From contig OY970309.1 in the NCBI GenBank assembly GCA_963716395.1, positions 1,120,001-1,184,000 of the forward strand: DNA of 64,000 nucleotides. Reading direction: 5' to 3'. This document shows positions 29,706-40,520 of the stretch, one piece after another. The translations under genes were made by a program, and so were the position numbers. This DNA comes from an uncultured Fibrobacteria bacterium. Lineage in GTDB: Bacteria > Fibrobacterota > Fibrobacteria > UBA11236. The notes beneath the pieces were generated by a model. The model had not been told where the DNA came from. It ran no database searches and saw only the letters and a list, made by a program, of their open reading frames with translations. Each line of letters opens with the position of its first letter. Within the stretch, counting starts at the first letter, position 1.

Positions 29706-31157
29706 ATGAAGAACAAAATACTGCGCATGGCGGGGCTGCTCATCACCGGAATCGGCATGTGTTGGGGGCAGGAAGCTGCTCAGGATTCCACGCCCGCTCT
29801 CGGTTTTAAATCCAGCGGCTATGTGTACTACGAAAATTACCGCTTATGGAAAGCGGATTATAGCGGCAACATTTATAAAGGCGATTGGTTCAATGACGTC
29901 TTGGGCGGATTCGTCCTGGAAAACAACATGAGTCCTCGGCTCAAAACCCGCGTGGCCCTCGAAGCCACCTTCAACCGCCCCTTTCCCGAACAATTCAACC
30001 AAGACGCCTCGCTGACCACTTCGCCGAGCGCCTACGTGCAAGAGGCCAAGGCCATCTACTCCTTCGGCGATGTCCAAAATCCTCCGGTGGAATTGGAGGT
30101 GGGATATTTCATTTATGACTATAACAGGGATCAACATAACCTCGGCGAATACCTGTTCCGCAGCGGGATTTATCCCCTCATTCTCAACACCAGCTTCGAA
30201 TTGCCCGCCGAAAAACTGCTGGGATTCCGCCTGGGTAACAAGCCCTTCGAAGGATTTCACCAGGATTTATTGCTGACCAGCGATTACAAGTATTTTCCCA
30301 AGTCGGATTTTTCCCTGTCCTACGTGGCGGATTACAGCGCCGGAAAAGTTTTGACCTTGGGCGCCGGCATTTCGCTGGTGAATGTCTTTCCGGTGCGTCC
30401 CAGCCTGGAAGCGCCGCATAGCGACAACAACACCTATATCCAGATTCCCGCCCAGACCTGGACGGATGCCAACGGGGTGCAACACCAAATCTCCGCCCCC
30501 ATCAATATTTTCAAAACCGATTTGAATACCATGCAGAACGCCGACAGCATTTCCTATGTGAATCCTACGACGTTTTCGCGTGATATCGATCCGCAAATCC
30601 AGCACACCACGACCTATTTCACCTCCCAAGGCGTCAAACTGATGGGCCGATTCACTTTGGATCCCAAGCCGCTCATGGGATCCCCTGCCTGGCTGGGCCC
30701 GGACGACATGAAGCTTTACTCCGAAGTCGCCGTGTTGGGCGTGAAGGATTACCCGTTCCTGTACGGCGACATCTGGCAACGGATTCCCGTCATGGTGGGT
30801 TTCGATTTTCCCGCCTTCCACCTCCTCGACGTGCTGGGGCTGGAGGTGGAATATTGCGGCAACCAATGGCCCAACGACTGGCAAAAGCTGTTGCGCGAAG
30901 GCTTGCCGCAGCCGGGCGACCAGAACTTCAGCTATTCCAATTACGATCCCGCCGATTACGCCAACGATCATTGGAAGTGGTCAATTTACCTGCGCAAGGA
31001 ACTGAGCCACGGGCTGTTTGTTTCCGCCCAGATGGCGAGCGATCACCTGCGCTTGGCGGATCAAAACGGCTGGACCTATGAAAGTTTGATGAAAGACACC
31101 GGCTGGCCCTTTACCCGGGAATGGTGGGGTATCGTCCGGATTACGGCCAAGTATTGA
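29706..31157 (+). CDS. Hypothetical outer-membrane beta-barrel protein
   Basis: Signal peptide, aromatic-rich amphipathic strands, C-terminal WWGIVRITAKY. Confidence 0.7.
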   Translation: MKNKILRMAGLLITGIGMCWGQEAAQDSTPALGFKSSGYVYYENYRLWKADYSGNIYKGDWFNDVLGGFVLENNMSPRLKTRVALEATFNRPFPEQFNQDASLTTSPSAYVQEAKAIYSFGDVQNPPVELEVGYFIYDYNRDQHNLGEYLFRSGIYPLILNTSFELPAEKLLGFRLGNKPFEGFHQDLLLTSDYKYFPKSDFSLSYVADYSAGKVLTLGAGISLVNVFPVRPSLEAPHSDNNTYIQIPAQTWTDANGVQHQISAPINIFKTDLNTMQNADSISYVNPTTFSRDIDPQIQHTTTYFTSQGVKLMGRFTLDPKPLMGSPAWLGPDDMKLYSEVAVLGVKDYPFLYGDIWQRIPVMVGFDFPAFHLLDVLGLEVEYCGNQWPNDWQKLLREGLPQPGDQNFSYSNYDPADYANDHWKWSIYLRKELSHGLFVSAQMASDHLRLADQNGWTYESLMKDTGWPFTREWWGIVRITAKY

Positions 31158-31194
31158 ATGCTTTCCCCGCTCCGCGGTGAAAAGATCGACCTCA

Positions 31195-32196
31195 ATGCAT
31201 CCTCCCGCTTCCAGCAAGATCTGGCACCCTTACTTACAGGAATGGGTGATCCTGGCTCCGGCCACCGACGCCCGGCCCTGGAACGGAACCGTCTTGCGGA
31301 GCGAAGGGAATTCCGGGCCCGAATTCGATCCCGGCTGCCACCTTTGTCCCGGCGCACGCCGATCGATGGGTGCGGTGAACCCGCGCTACTCCGGCGTTTT
31401 TGTGTTTGACAACGATTTCCCGTCTTTGACCTTGGATGCGCCGGCCCGGGGCGTTTGCCGGGTGGTTTGCTTCGATCCCCGGCACAACGTCACCTTGGCC
31501 GAGATGCTACCCTCCGCCATCGAAGCGGTGCTGCGAACCTGGGCGGATCAGTTCCGGGAGCTGTCGGCCCTTCCGGGGCTGGAATACGTGCTGCTGTTCG
31601 AGAACAAGGGCAAGGAAATCGGTGTCTCCAATCCCCACCCGCACGGGCAGATCTACGCCACCGATTTCATTCCCCGCATTCCGCAAACCATGTATGGAAG
31701 CGCGACGAAATTCACTTCGGAATCCGGCGGCTGCCTTTTTTGCGACGTGCTCGCGAAAGAGTTGAAAGAGGGAAGCCGGGTGATCGCCCGCAATCAGCAT
31801 TGCGCCGCCTTCGTGCCCGCCTTTGCCCGCTTCAAATACGAAGTACACCTCATGCCGTTGCGGCATGTTCCCTTTTTGACCTCGCTGGATGACGCCGAAA
31901 TGCGCGCCCTGGCCGAGCTGTATCGCGACGTGCTGGTCCGCTACGACCGCTTGTTCGGCCGCCGCATTCCCAATATCACCCTGTTCTACAACGCTCCCTG
32001 CCAAGCGGGGCTCGATCCGGCGCCTTGGCATTTTCACCTGCAATTTGCGCCGCCCGTGCGCTCCGCCGACACGCTGAAATACCTGGCCGGATTCGAGACG
32101 GGGGGAGGGAACATCATCAATCCGTCCCGGCCCGAGGAATCGGCGGAAGAGTTGCGGCGCGCCGGTGTAAGTCGCGTCACGGAAGCCCCGGTATGA
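31195..32196 (+). CDS. galT: Galactose-1-phosphate uridylyltransferase
   Basis: RPW.G, CHLCPG, FDNDF, FENKG..GVSNPHPHGQ, KYLAGFE. Confidence 0.95.
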   Translation: MHPPASSKIWHPYLQEWVILAPATDARPWNGTVLRSEGNSGPEFDPGCHLCPGARRSMGAVNPRYSGVFVFDNDFPSLTLDAPARGVCRVVCFDPRHNVTLAEMLPSAIEAVLRTWADQFRELSALPGLEYVLLFENKGKEIGVSNPHPHGQIYATDFIPRIPQTMYGSATKFTSESGGCLFCDVLAKELKEGSRVIARNQHCAAFVPAFARFKYEVHLMPLRHVPFLTSLDDAEMRALAELYRDVLVRYDRLFGRRIPNITLFYNAPCQAGLDPAPWHFHLQFAPPVRSADTLKYLAGFETGGGNIINPSRPEESAEELRRAGVSRVTEAPV

Positions 32197-33389
32197 ACGG
32201 GCTGGAGCAAATCCGCCGGACGTTCCGCGCAGAATTCGGAGCCGATCCCGATCTCGTGGCCTCGGCCCCGGGCCGCGTCAATCTCATCGGCGATCATACC
32301 GATTACATGGGCGGCCTGGTTTTGCCGGCAGCCATCGATCGGCAGGTGCTGTTCGCTCTGCGCCAGGCTCCGGGAGACATCGTCATCGGGTATTCCCTCG
32401 ACTTTCGCGAAAAGGTCCGCTTTCGCGTGGGCGACTTCGATCCCGGCCATCCCTGCCGTTGGCTGCGCTATATCCTGGGCGTGCTGCGCGAGCTGAGCCT
32501 TGCCGGGATCGAACCGGGCGGTTTTTCCTTCTGCGTTTCCGGCAACGTGCCCCAAGGCGCCGGGCTTTCTTCTTCGGCCGCGCTGGAAGTGGCCACGGCC
32601 CGGGCCGTGCTGGATCTGCTGCAACATCCGCTTCCCAAACAAGAAACGGCGCTGCTTTGCCAGCGGGCGGAAAACGAGTTCGTGGGCATGCGCTGCGGAA
32701 TCATGGATCAGTTCATTTCCACCTTGGGCATCGCCGATCACGCCCTGCGGCTCGACTGCGCCACCTTGGAATTCGAGGCGGTGCCCGCCGCCGTTCCCGG
32801 GCACACCTGGATGGTTATCGATTCCGGAAAGAAACGCGGCTTGGTCGATTCCGCATACAATTTGCGCCGCACCCAATGCCAAAGCGGGTTGCAAAGCCTA
32901 CAAGCGCGGCTGCCCGCGCTGCGGCAACTGGGCTTGCGCGCCCTGACCGCGGAGGCTTTGCATGCCGCTTCGCCGGAGATCGATCCCGTCATCGCGCGCC
33001 GGCTCCGGCACGTCGTCACGGAAAATCTGCGCGTGGAACAAGCCTGTGCGGCGCTCCGGCGCGGCGACCTCGACGCCTTGGGCGAAAACCTGTACGCTTC
33101 GCATCAAAGCCTGCGCGATGATTTCGAGGTTTCCTGTCCCGAGCTGGATGCCTTGGTGGAAATTCTCCGGCGCGTGCCGGGAACCGTGGGCGCGCGTCTC
33201 ACCGGCGCCGGCTTCGGGGGCTGCGTTCTCGCCTTGTTGCGCGACGACGCGGTGGAGCCGGCCGTCGCCGCCATTCAGCGCGAATATCCCGCCAACTTCC
33301 CCGGCTCCCAACCGGTTGCCGCCTGGCCCCTTCGTCTGGCCGACGGAGCGAAAACCATCTTCACTTCCACCCCGTCGCTCCGTCTCTGA
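32193..33389 (+). CDS. galK: Galactokinase
   Basis: APGRVNLIGDHTDY, GAGLSSSAA, CGIMDQ, GARLTGAGFGG. Confidence 0.97.
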   Translation: MNGLEQIRRTFRAEFGADPDLVASAPGRVNLIGDHTDYMGGLVLPAAIDRQVLFALRQAPGDIVIGYSLDFREKVRFRVGDFDPGHPCRWLRYILGVLRELSLAGIEPGGFSFCVSGNVPQGAGLSSSAALEVATARAVLDLLQHPLPKQETALLCQRAENEFVGMRCGIMDQFISTLGIADHALRLDCATLEFEAVPAAVPGHTWMVIDSGKKRGLVDSAYNLRRTQCQSGLQSLQARLPALRQLGLRALTAEALHAASPEIDPVIARRLRHVVTENLRVEQACAALRRGDLDALGENLYASHQSLRDDFEVSCPELDALVEILRRVPGTVGARLTGAGFGGCVLALLRDDAVEPAVAAIQREYPANFPGSQPVAAWPLRLADGAKTIFTSTPSLRL

Positions 33390-33426
33390 AAGCGGCGGAT
33401 AAACCCACCCACGCGAGGAAATCGGC

Positions 33427-34956
33427 ATGCAATTGAATTGGATCGATTGGTCGGGATTTGCGTTTTTCTCCGTGATCGTGGTGGTGTATGCCATGTACAA
33501 GTCACGCCGCGAAAACACCTCCCAGGATTATTTCCTCGGCGGCCGGGGCATGGGCTGGATTCTGGTGGGGTTCTCGCTGATTTCTTCCAACATCTCTTCG
33601 GAACATTTCGTGGGCATGTCGGGCCAGGCCTTCGGCGGCGCGGGTCTCGCCATCGCGAGCTATGAATTCATCGCGGCCGCGACCTTGGTGTTCATCGCGT
33701 TTTTCCTGCTGCCGCTGTACCTGAATCTCGGCATCTACACCATGCCCGAATTCCTCGAATACCGCTATGGCCCGGCGCCGCGCACCTTGATGGCTTTTTA
33801 CATGATGATCGCGTATTGCGGCGTGGTTATGGTCACGGTTTTGTACGCGGGCGCCATCGCCCTCCAGGCCATGTTCGGCCTCAACCTTGCCTACGGCGTG
33901 TGGATTGTGGGCCTGTGCGCGGGTATCTACACCGCCTTCGGCGGCCTCAAGGCCGTGGCGTATTCCGATCTGCTGCACGGCGCGGCCTTGCTCTTGGGGG
34001 GAGCCGTGGTCACCCTCATCGGGTTGCACCGGGTGGGAAGCGTGGCGGAATTTTTTCATCAGAATCGCGACAAATTTCACATGATTTTGCCCGCGAATAA
34101 TCCCAGCATTCCCTGGACCGCGCTGCTTTTGGGCATCTGGATTCCCAACATCTATTACTGGGGATTCAACCAGTTCATCACCCAGCGCGCGCTGGCGGCG
34201 AAAACCGTGGCCCAGGGGCAATTGGGCATTCTGTTCGCGGCCCTGCAGAAAATCTTCACCCCCTTCATCATCGTGCTGCCGGGCATCATCGCCTATCAAT
34301 TGTTCCGCGACAAAATCAGCAACGGCGATTTGGCCTACCCCACCCTCATCCGGGAAATCATTCCCATCGGCTTGCGCGGCATGTTGCTGGCCGCCCTGGC
34401 GGGGGCCATCATGAGCAGCCTGGCCGCCATTCTGAATTCGGCGTCCACCATTTTCACGTTGGATTTCTACAAGCGCTTCTACAATCGCGAGGCCGACGAC
34501 AAAAAAGTCGTCGTCGTCGGCCGCCTCTCCACGATTTTCTTCACGGTGTTCGCCTGCCTGCTGGCGCCTCTGCCGGGGCGGTTCCACGGAGTTTTCAACT
34601 ACATCCAGGAGCTGTGGGGCTGCTTTTCCCCCGGCATCACCGCGGCCTTTCTCTTCGGTCTCGTCTTCCGGCGCGCGCCCACTGCGGCGGCCATGACCGC
34701 TCTCATCGGCGGCGTCTTCATCTATTCGTTTCAGCGGTGGATGTTCCCCAGCGTCGCCTTTCTGAACCAAATGGCCATTACTTTTGTGATCCTACTTGCG
34801 CTGATGGGCGTGATTACGGCCGTGAAACCCCTCGCCGAGCCGGTCCTGCTGCAACGGCGGGAGTTCGCCGTCGATGTGCGCCCCAGCCTTTTGGCCAAGG
34901 CCCTGGGCGTCGTGGTCCTGATTTTGGTGGCAGGGATTTACATCGTACTGAGGTGA
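33427..34956 (+). CDS. Sodium:solute symporter (SGLT-like galactose/glucose transporter)
   Basis: YFLGGR, SNISSEHFVGMSG, YWGFNQFITQRALAA; many TM helices. Confidence 0.93.
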   Translation: MQLNWIDWSGFAFFSVIVVVYAMYKSRRENTSQDYFLGGRGMGWILVGFSLISSNISSEHFVGMSGQAFGGAGLAIASYEFIAAATLVFIAFFLLPLYLNLGIYTMPEFLEYRYGPAPRTLMAFYMMIAYCGVVMVTVLYAGAIALQAMFGLNLAYGVWIVGLCAGIYTAFGGLKAVAYSDLLHGAALLLGGAVVTLIGLHRVGSVAEFFHQNRDKFHMILPANNPSIPWTALLLGIWIPNIYYWGFNQFITQRALAAKTVAQGQLGILFAALQKIFTPFIIVLPGIIAYQLFRDKISNGDLAYPTLIREIIPIGLRGMLLAALAGAIMSSLAAILNSASTIFTLDFYKRFYNREADDKKVVVVGRLSTIFFTVFACLLAPLPGRFHGVFNYIQELWGCFSPGITAAFLFGLVFRRAPTAAAMTALIGGVFIYSFQRWMFPSVAFLNQMAITFVILLALMGVITAVKPLAEPVLLQRREFAVDVRPSLLAKALGVVVLILVAGIYIVLR

Positions 34957-34966
34957 GCCGCGTTTT

Positions 34967-37633
34967 TTAAACCTCGGTGAACACGGCATCTTCCACGTCG
35001 GGGTCGCCGCCCTCGCCTTTGGCCGGCGTGGCTTTGGGGACGCTCCCGTTGAAGAGAAAATCCCCGTCGCGGAAATCGATGGCCACGTGATCCCCGGCCT
35101 TGAGCTGGCCCGCGATCACGGCGCGGCTCAGCGGGTTTTCCAACCGCGTCTGGATGAAACGGTTGATGGGACGCGCGCCGAATTGCGGGTCATGGCTCAA
35201 TTCGGCGATGGCGCGCGCGGCCTTGGGGGTGATCTCGGCGCTGATGCCGCGCTCGCGCAAACGCTGGCGCAAATCTTCGAACCGCAGCCGGGCCACCTCC
35301 ACCAACTCCTCGAGCGACAGGGGGTGGAAGGCGATGATCTCGTCGATGCGATTGATGAACTCGATGCGAAAGAATTTTCGGACTTCGGGCATGAGTTCGG
35401 CCGCGGTCACGGGTTTCTTCGCGGCCGCGAAAAGATGCGACCCGATGTTCGAAGTCATGACCACGATGGTGTTGCGGAAGTTCACGGTGCGCCCCTGGCT
35501 GTCGGAGAGCCGGCCTTCGTCCAATACCTGCAACAGCGCGTTGAACACGTCGGGATGCGCCTTCTCGACTTCGTCGAGCAACACCACCGAATACGGCTGG
35601 CGCCGCACGGCCTCGGTGAGCTGGCCGCCTTCTTCATAGCCCACGTATCCCGGCGGCGCGCCGATGAGCTTGCTCACCGAATGCTTTTCCATGTATTCGC
35701 TCATGTCGAGGCGGATGACGTACTCCTCGCTATCGAACAGAAATTCGGCCACGGCCTTGGTGAGCTCGGTTTTGCCCACGCCCGTGGGGCCGAGGAATAA
35801 AAAGCTGCCGATAGGGCGATGCGCGCGGCCCAGGCCCGAGCGGTTGCGCAAGATGGCATCGCTCACGGCCGCGATGGCGTCCTTCTGGCCGATGACGCGT
35901 TTGCCCAGATGCGCGGGCAGAGTCAAGAGCTTGTCCTTTTCGGTTTCCTGCAGCCGGGTCACGGGAATGCCGGTCCAGCGCGAAACCACCTCGGCGATTT
36001 CGTCTTCGGTCACCTCTTCATGGAATTCCGAAGCGCCCACCCGGCTTTGCGCCGCGCGTTCCTCGGCTTCCAGCAATTTTTTCTCGGCGTCGCGCAAGGT
36101 CTTGTATTTCAGCTCCGCGGCGCGGTTGAGATCGTATTGGGCCTCGGCCTGCTCGATTTGGCGGCGGATGGAATCGACTTCGCTTTGACGGGCGCGCACG
36201 TCCTGGATGAAGCGGGCGCGCGCCTCCCATTGGCGTTTCATGCCTTCGACCTGCAGGTTCAAATCGGCGATGTCTTTTTGCAGGACCTGGAGCCGCTCGC
36301 GGCTCTTGTCGTCTTTTTCGGATTTGAGGGCTTTTGCTTCAATCTGGTATTGGAGCAGCTTGCGCGACAGCGAGTCGAGCTCTTCAGGCATGGTGTCGAG
36401 CTGGGTCTTGACCATGGCCGCGGCCTCGTCCATGAGATCGATGGCTTTGTCGGGCAGAAAGCGGTCGGCGATGTAACGCGACGATAGTTTCACCGCCGCG
36501 ACGATGGCACCGTCCTGAATGCGCACGCCATGGTGGCGGTCGAAGCGCTCTTTGATGCCGCGCAGAATCGACACGCTTTCTTCTTCCGATGGCTCGTCGA
36601 CGGTCACGGGCTGAAAGCGCCGTTCCAGGGCCGCGTCTTTTTCGATGTGCTGTTTGTATTCGTTCAAGGTGGTGGCGCCGATGCAATGCAATTCGCCCCG
36701 CGCCAGCTTGGGCTTGAGCAGGTTGCCGGCGTCCATGGCGCCGTCGGCCTTGCCCGCGCCCACGATGGTGTGCAGTTCGTCGATGAAGAGCAAGGTGTTG
36801 CCCTGGTCACCTTCCAATTCCTTGAGTACGGCTTTGAGCCGCTCCTCGAATTCGCCGCGGAACTTGGCCCCGGCGATGAGGCTGCCGAGATCGAGGCTGT
36901 AGACCTTTTTCCCTTTGAGCGATTCGGGTACGTCGCCGCGCACGATACGCTGCGCCAACCCTTCCACGATCGCGGTTTTGCCCACGCCCGGTTCGCCCAC
37001 GAGAACCGGGTTGTTTTTGGTCTTGCGCGACAAAATGCGGATCACCCGCCGGATCTCCTCTTCGCGGCCGATGACGGGATCGAGCTTGCCCGCGCGCGCC
37101 AGGGCCACGAGGTCCTGCCCGTATTTCTCCAGCACCTGGTATTCGTTCTCGGCGTTGGCTGAATGCGCGCCCGGGGCTTCCTGGCCGCCGGAGTTTCGAT
37201 TCCGCATGATGGCTCCCTTGAGGGCGTGAAAGTTCAACTGGTGTTTTTGCGCCACGCTTTTCCACTCGAACATGTCCGAGCGATCGACGAGCGCCAGCAG
37301 CAAATGCTCGACCGTCACATAGCTGTCACCCAGGTCGCGGGCGATGGCCTGCGCGCCGCGCAGCACCTTGTGTACGTCGGGGGCAACCCGCTCTTCGCCG
37401 CCGGCGCCTTCGACCTTAGGCAGCCGCCCGACGGCCGCTTCGGCGTCTTCGGCCAGGGTGATGGGCTGCACGCCGCAATCGCGCAGCGAGGCGTCGAGCA
37501 CATCGAAGCCGACGCGCAAAACGCCGCAGGCCAGATGCAAAGACGTCAATTCGACGTCGCGGTTCTTGTCTTTGATCTCCTGGGCTTTTTGCAGCGCCTC
37601 TTGCGCCAGATGAGTCAACTCCTGCATATCCAT
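34967..37633 (-). CDS. clpB: ATP-dependent chaperone ClpB
   Basis: Two AAA modules ([16 protein letters not shown]) with coiled-coil M-domain (RAAELKY). Confidence 0.97.
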   Translation of the reverse strand: MDMQELTHLAQEALQKAQEIKDKNRDVELTSLHLACGVLRVGFDVLDASLRDCGVQPITLAEDAEAAVGRLPKVEGAGGEERVAPDVHKVLRGAQAIARDLGDSYVTVEHLLLALVDRSDMFEWKSVAQKHQLNFHALKGAIMRNRNSGGQEAPGAHSANAENEYQVLEKYGQDLVALARAGKLDPVIGREEEIRRVIRILSRKTKNNPVLVGEPGVGKTAIVEGLAQRIVRGDVPESLKGKKVYSLDLGSLIAGAKFRGEFEERLKAVLKELEGDQGNTLLFIDELHTIVGAGKADGAMDAGNLLKPKLARGELHCIGATTLNEYKQHIEKDAALERRFQPVTVDEPSEEESVSILRGIKERFDRHHGVRIQDGAIVAAVKLSSRYIADRFLPDKAIDLMDEAAAMVKTQLDTMPEELDSLSRKLLQYQIEAKALKSEKDDKSRERLQVLQKDIADLNLQVEGMKRQWEARARFIQDVRARQSEVDSIRRQIEQAEAQYDLNRAAELKYKTLRDAEKKLLEAEERAAQSRVGASEFHEEVTEDEIAEVVSRWTGIPVTRLQETEKDKLLTLPAHLGKRVIGQKDAIAAVSDAILRNRSGLGRAHRPIGSFLFLGPTGVGKTELTKAVAEFLFDSEEYVIRLDMSEYMEKHSVSKLIGAPPGYVGYEEGGQLTEAVRRQPYSVVLLDEVEKAHPDVFNALLQVLDEGRLSDSQGRTVNFRNTIVVMTSNIGSHLFAAAKKPVTAAELMPEVRKFFRIEFINRIDEIIAFHPLSLEELVEVARLRFEDLRQRLRERGISAEITPKAARAIAELSHDPQFGARPINRFIQTRLENPLSRAVIAGQLKAGDHVAIDFRDGDFLFNGSVPKATPAKGEGGDPDVEDAVFTEV

Positions 37634-37902
37634 AAAAGTGAGCAAAGGCGATGCCGGAACGGTGAAAATCTTGCCGCTGCAAATCCGAACCGATCCGGCC
37701 CATCGGCGCAGGAACTAAAAGATTCTGCCGACGGCTGCGTTCGACATCGTAACGTCCATTGCGACAAATGACTAAAACCGTGCAAGAATGACACGAATCG
37801 CCTTCGGCAGGCGGACGGAAGGAAATTCCTACAAGTCGGAGAAGTTTTCCCTTCAGCTTTGGCTTACAGCTTCGAAATCCCGATTTTCGGCCGGCTTAGG
37901 AG

Positions 37903-37917
37903 TGGTATGGAAATTGC
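37903..37917 (+). promoter_or_regulatory. Putative sigma-54 (-24/-12) promoter of flgB
   Basis: TGGTATGGAAATTGC = GG-N10-GC with TTGC. Confidence 0.6.
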
Positions 37918-37931
37918 CTTGATCCTGGCCT

Positions 37932-38357
37932 GTGAATATACGCGACTACCTCTTCGGCGGTTTGACCCGGCAAATGGAGTATAAAAGCCTGGACGCCGGC
38001 GCCTTGCGCAACCGGGTCATCGACGAAAACATCGCCAACGCCACCACCCCCGGGTATCAGCGCAAAGAAGTGGTCTTCGAAGACGAATTGAAAAAGGTTT
38101 TCCAAAAAAAAATCGCGGGCAACGCCGATCAGCCTGACCAGATGCCCATCCCCACCGGCGCCGATGTCGCCAAAATCCAGCCCCAGGTGGTGGTGCCCAA
38201 AGATGCGACCTTGCCCGGCGAAATCAACAATGTGGACATCGACAAGGAAATGTCCAAGCTCGCCGAAAACCAAATCCAATACGATTTCTCGCTGCGCTTC
38301 GTGACCTACGATAACTCCCAGTTGCAATCGGCCATCAGCGGCAATCCGCCGCAATAA
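37932..38357 (+). CDS. flgB: Flagellar basal-body rod protein FlgB
   Basis: LRNRVIDENIANATTPGY, NNVDIDKEMSKLAENQIQY. Confidence 0.92.
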   Translation: MNIRDYLFGGLTRQMEYKSLDAGALRNRVIDENIANATTPGYQRKEVVFEDELKKVFQKKIAGNADQPDQMPIPTGADVAKIQPQVVVPKDATLPGEINNVDIDKEMSKLAENQIQYDFSLRFVTYDNSQLQSAISGNPPQ

Positions 38358-38559
38358 TTCGCCCCGGGGATTCCGTCATCGCGCCGAATCCGGCGCCGGC
38401 AACTCGCGGCAGAAGCGGGACGAATTTTCGCGGTGATTTTTATTGCAGTCGCGTTGCAAATTCGGTTTCGTTGCCTGTGAATTTCAAAAAACTCAGTTGC
38501 GCCAAACTGGCACGCCGCGGCGGCAAAGCCTTGCGGAAAACGCCGTTATTTTGTTCTGC

Positions 38560-40053
38560 ATGATACAGACGTTGACCCAATCAAAGGGCGAGGTTTCCCT
38601 ACCAACGTTGTTTGCGCGCGTGCGGGAAATCCGCGATCATGTTGCGGCCGAAGGCCAAGCCATGTTCCTGCGGTGGAAGCCGCGCATTCGCCGCGCTTCG
38701 TTTTTGCCGAGCGCCTTGAACTTGGCGCATTACATTGTGCTGCGCCGCATGGATTTGCGGGAATTGCAAACCGATTTGCCGCGGTTCGGCTTGTCTTCGC
38801 TGGGCCGCTGCGAATCACGCGTGTTATCCAATCTCGATGCGGTGCTGGCCACCTTGGCGGCGTTGGCCCAAGATGCGGGCACACCACGCCATCCCACGCG
38901 CGATGAATTTCTGCGCGGCGAAAGCCGGCTCGATCGCGAGGCCCGGCGCGTGTTGGGGCCGAACCCCGAACCGCAGCGCGTACGCATCATGGCAACGTTG
39001 CCTTCCGAGGCGGTGAGAACTGCTTCGCTGATTAAATCGCTGCTGCAACGGGGTGTGGATTTATTCCGCATCAATTGCGCGCACGGCGACCGCGACGAAT
39101 GGCGGGCCCTGCTGCGCGCGGTGCGCAGGGCCGAAAAGGAAACCGACCGCAAAAGCCGGATCTTCATGGACTTGGCGGGTCCGAAAATCCGCACGGAAAC
39201 CGTGAACGCGGTCCGGGGCAAAAGGGTGTTCGTCGGCGACACCCTGTTATTGGCTCGCCGTCGGGAGGACGCGGAGCGCTTTTCCGCCCCCAGCGTAACG
39301 TGTACGTTTCCTGCAATTTTCGCGTCGCTGCGCCCCGGATCGGAACTCTGGTTCGATGACGGCGTGCTGGGCTGCCGGGTGGAAAAAATCCAGCCCGCCG
39401 GTGCCTGGCTGCGCGTGCGACAGGCTCCTCCCGACGGCAAAAAGCTCAAACCCGACAAGGGCATCAATCTGCCGGGGCTGGAATTGCCCACGGGTCCACT
39501 TACCGACAAGGATCGCGAAGACCTCGATTTTCTCATGTCCGCGGCCGACGTCATCGGATATTCCTTCGTGCAAAACGCCGACGACATCCGCGACTTGCAA
39601 GAGGAGATGGCTTTGCGACTGCGGCCCGGCCAGGTTGCTCCGCCCCTCGTGGCCAAAATCGAAACCCGCCAAGCCGTGCTCAATCTGCCCGAAATCATGG
39701 TGCAGGCCGCCGGCCGCGGGCCCTTCGGCCTCATGATCGCCCGCGGCGATTTGGCGGTGGAGATCGGCTATTTGCGTCTGGCCGAAATCCAGGAAGAAAT
39801 TCTGTGGCTGGCCGAGGCCGCCAACGTGCCCGTGATTTGGGCCACCCAGGTTTTGGAAAAACTGACGCGCGACGGCGTGCACTCACGCGCCGAAATGACC
39901 GACGCGGTCATGGGCGAGCGGGCCGAATGCGTCATGCTCAACAAGGGGCCGTTTCTTCCCGAGGCCGTCAGCGCACTGGCCGACGTGCTGACGCGCATGG
40001 AGGCACATCAGCACAAAAAGACGCCACGCCTGCGGGCCTTGAAATCGTGGTAA
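38560..40053 (+). CDS. pyk: Pyruvate kinase (N-terminally extended type, no C-terminal allosteric domain)
   Basis: RINCAH, DLAGPKIRT, KGINLPG, AKIET, MIARGDL, WATQVLE, ECVMLN. Confidence 0.9.
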   Translation: MIQTLTQSKGEVSLPTLFARVREIRDHVAAEGQAMFLRWKPRIRRASFLPSALNLAHYIVLRRMDLRELQTDLPRFGLSSLGRCESRVLSNLDAVLATLAALAQDAGTPRHPTRDEFLRGESRLDREARRVLGPNPEPQRVRIMATLPSEAVRTASLIKSLLQRGVDLFRINCAHGDRDEWRALLRAVRRAEKETDRKSRIFMDLAGPKIRTETVNAVRGKRVFVGDTLLLARRREDAERFSAPSVTCTFPAIFASLRPGSELWFDDGVLGCRVEKIQPAGAWLRVRQAPPDGKKLKPDKGINLPGLELPTGPLTDKDREDLDFLMSAADVIGYSFVQNADDIRDLQEEMALRLRPGQVAPPLVAKIETRQAVLNLPEIMVQAAGRGPFGLMIARGDLAVEIGYLRLAEIQEEILWLAEAANVPVIWATQVLEKLTRDGVHSRAEMTDAVMGERAECVMLNKGPFLPEAVSALADVLTRMEAHQHKKTPRLRALKSW

Positions 40054-40113
40054 CGCTTTCGTCACCGACGGATTTCGGCGCGTAGTCGCCGGTCTCTGAA
40101 AATCGCCAATATT

Positions 40114-40485
40114 TCAAATCAACTTTTTATACGCGGCCGCATCCATCAATTCTTTGGCCGTGTGTTCGACGGTCACCTTGATGATCCAGCCTTTGCCGTA
40201 AGGATCCTGATTGATGATGCCGGCATCGCCGGCTAGTTCGGCGTTGACTTCGGCCACCACCCCGGAAACGGGGGCATAGAGATCGGCCACGGTCTTGACG
40301 GCTTCGATGGTGCCGAAGCCCTGCCCTTCATCCACGCGCGCACCCACCTTGGGCAATTCGACGAAGACGATGTCGCCCAATTCGCGTTGCGCGTGGTCGG
40401 TGATGCCCACGGTCGCGGTCACGCCTTCAAGGCGCATCCACTCGTGATCTTTGGTGTACAATAGGCTCTCGGGAACCTCGGACAT
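40114..40485 (-). CDS. gcvH: Glycine cleavage system H protein
   Basis: YTKDHEW, GITDHAQ.ELGDIVFVELP, EAVKTV lipoyl-lysine motif. Confidence 0.97.
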   Translation of the reverse strand: MSEVPESLLYTKDHEWMRLEGVTATVGITDHAQRELGDIVFVELPKVGARVDEGQGFGTIEAVKTVADLYAPVSGVVAEVNAELAGDAGIINQDPYGKGWIIKVTVEHTAKELMDAAAYKKLI

Positions 40486-40520
40486 ATATCCTCCTTGCGG
40501 AAGCGCGGATTCTTCGGGAA

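Noticed and set aside
31405-31470. galT appears to lack a short loop between FDNDF and RGVCRV
   Set aside because: In frame with the HPH catalytic motif intact; this loop varies in length, so it was not treated as a pseudogene
37634-37900. CIRCE/HrcA operator upstream of clpB
   Set aside because: No TTAGCACTC-N9-GAGTGCTAA match found
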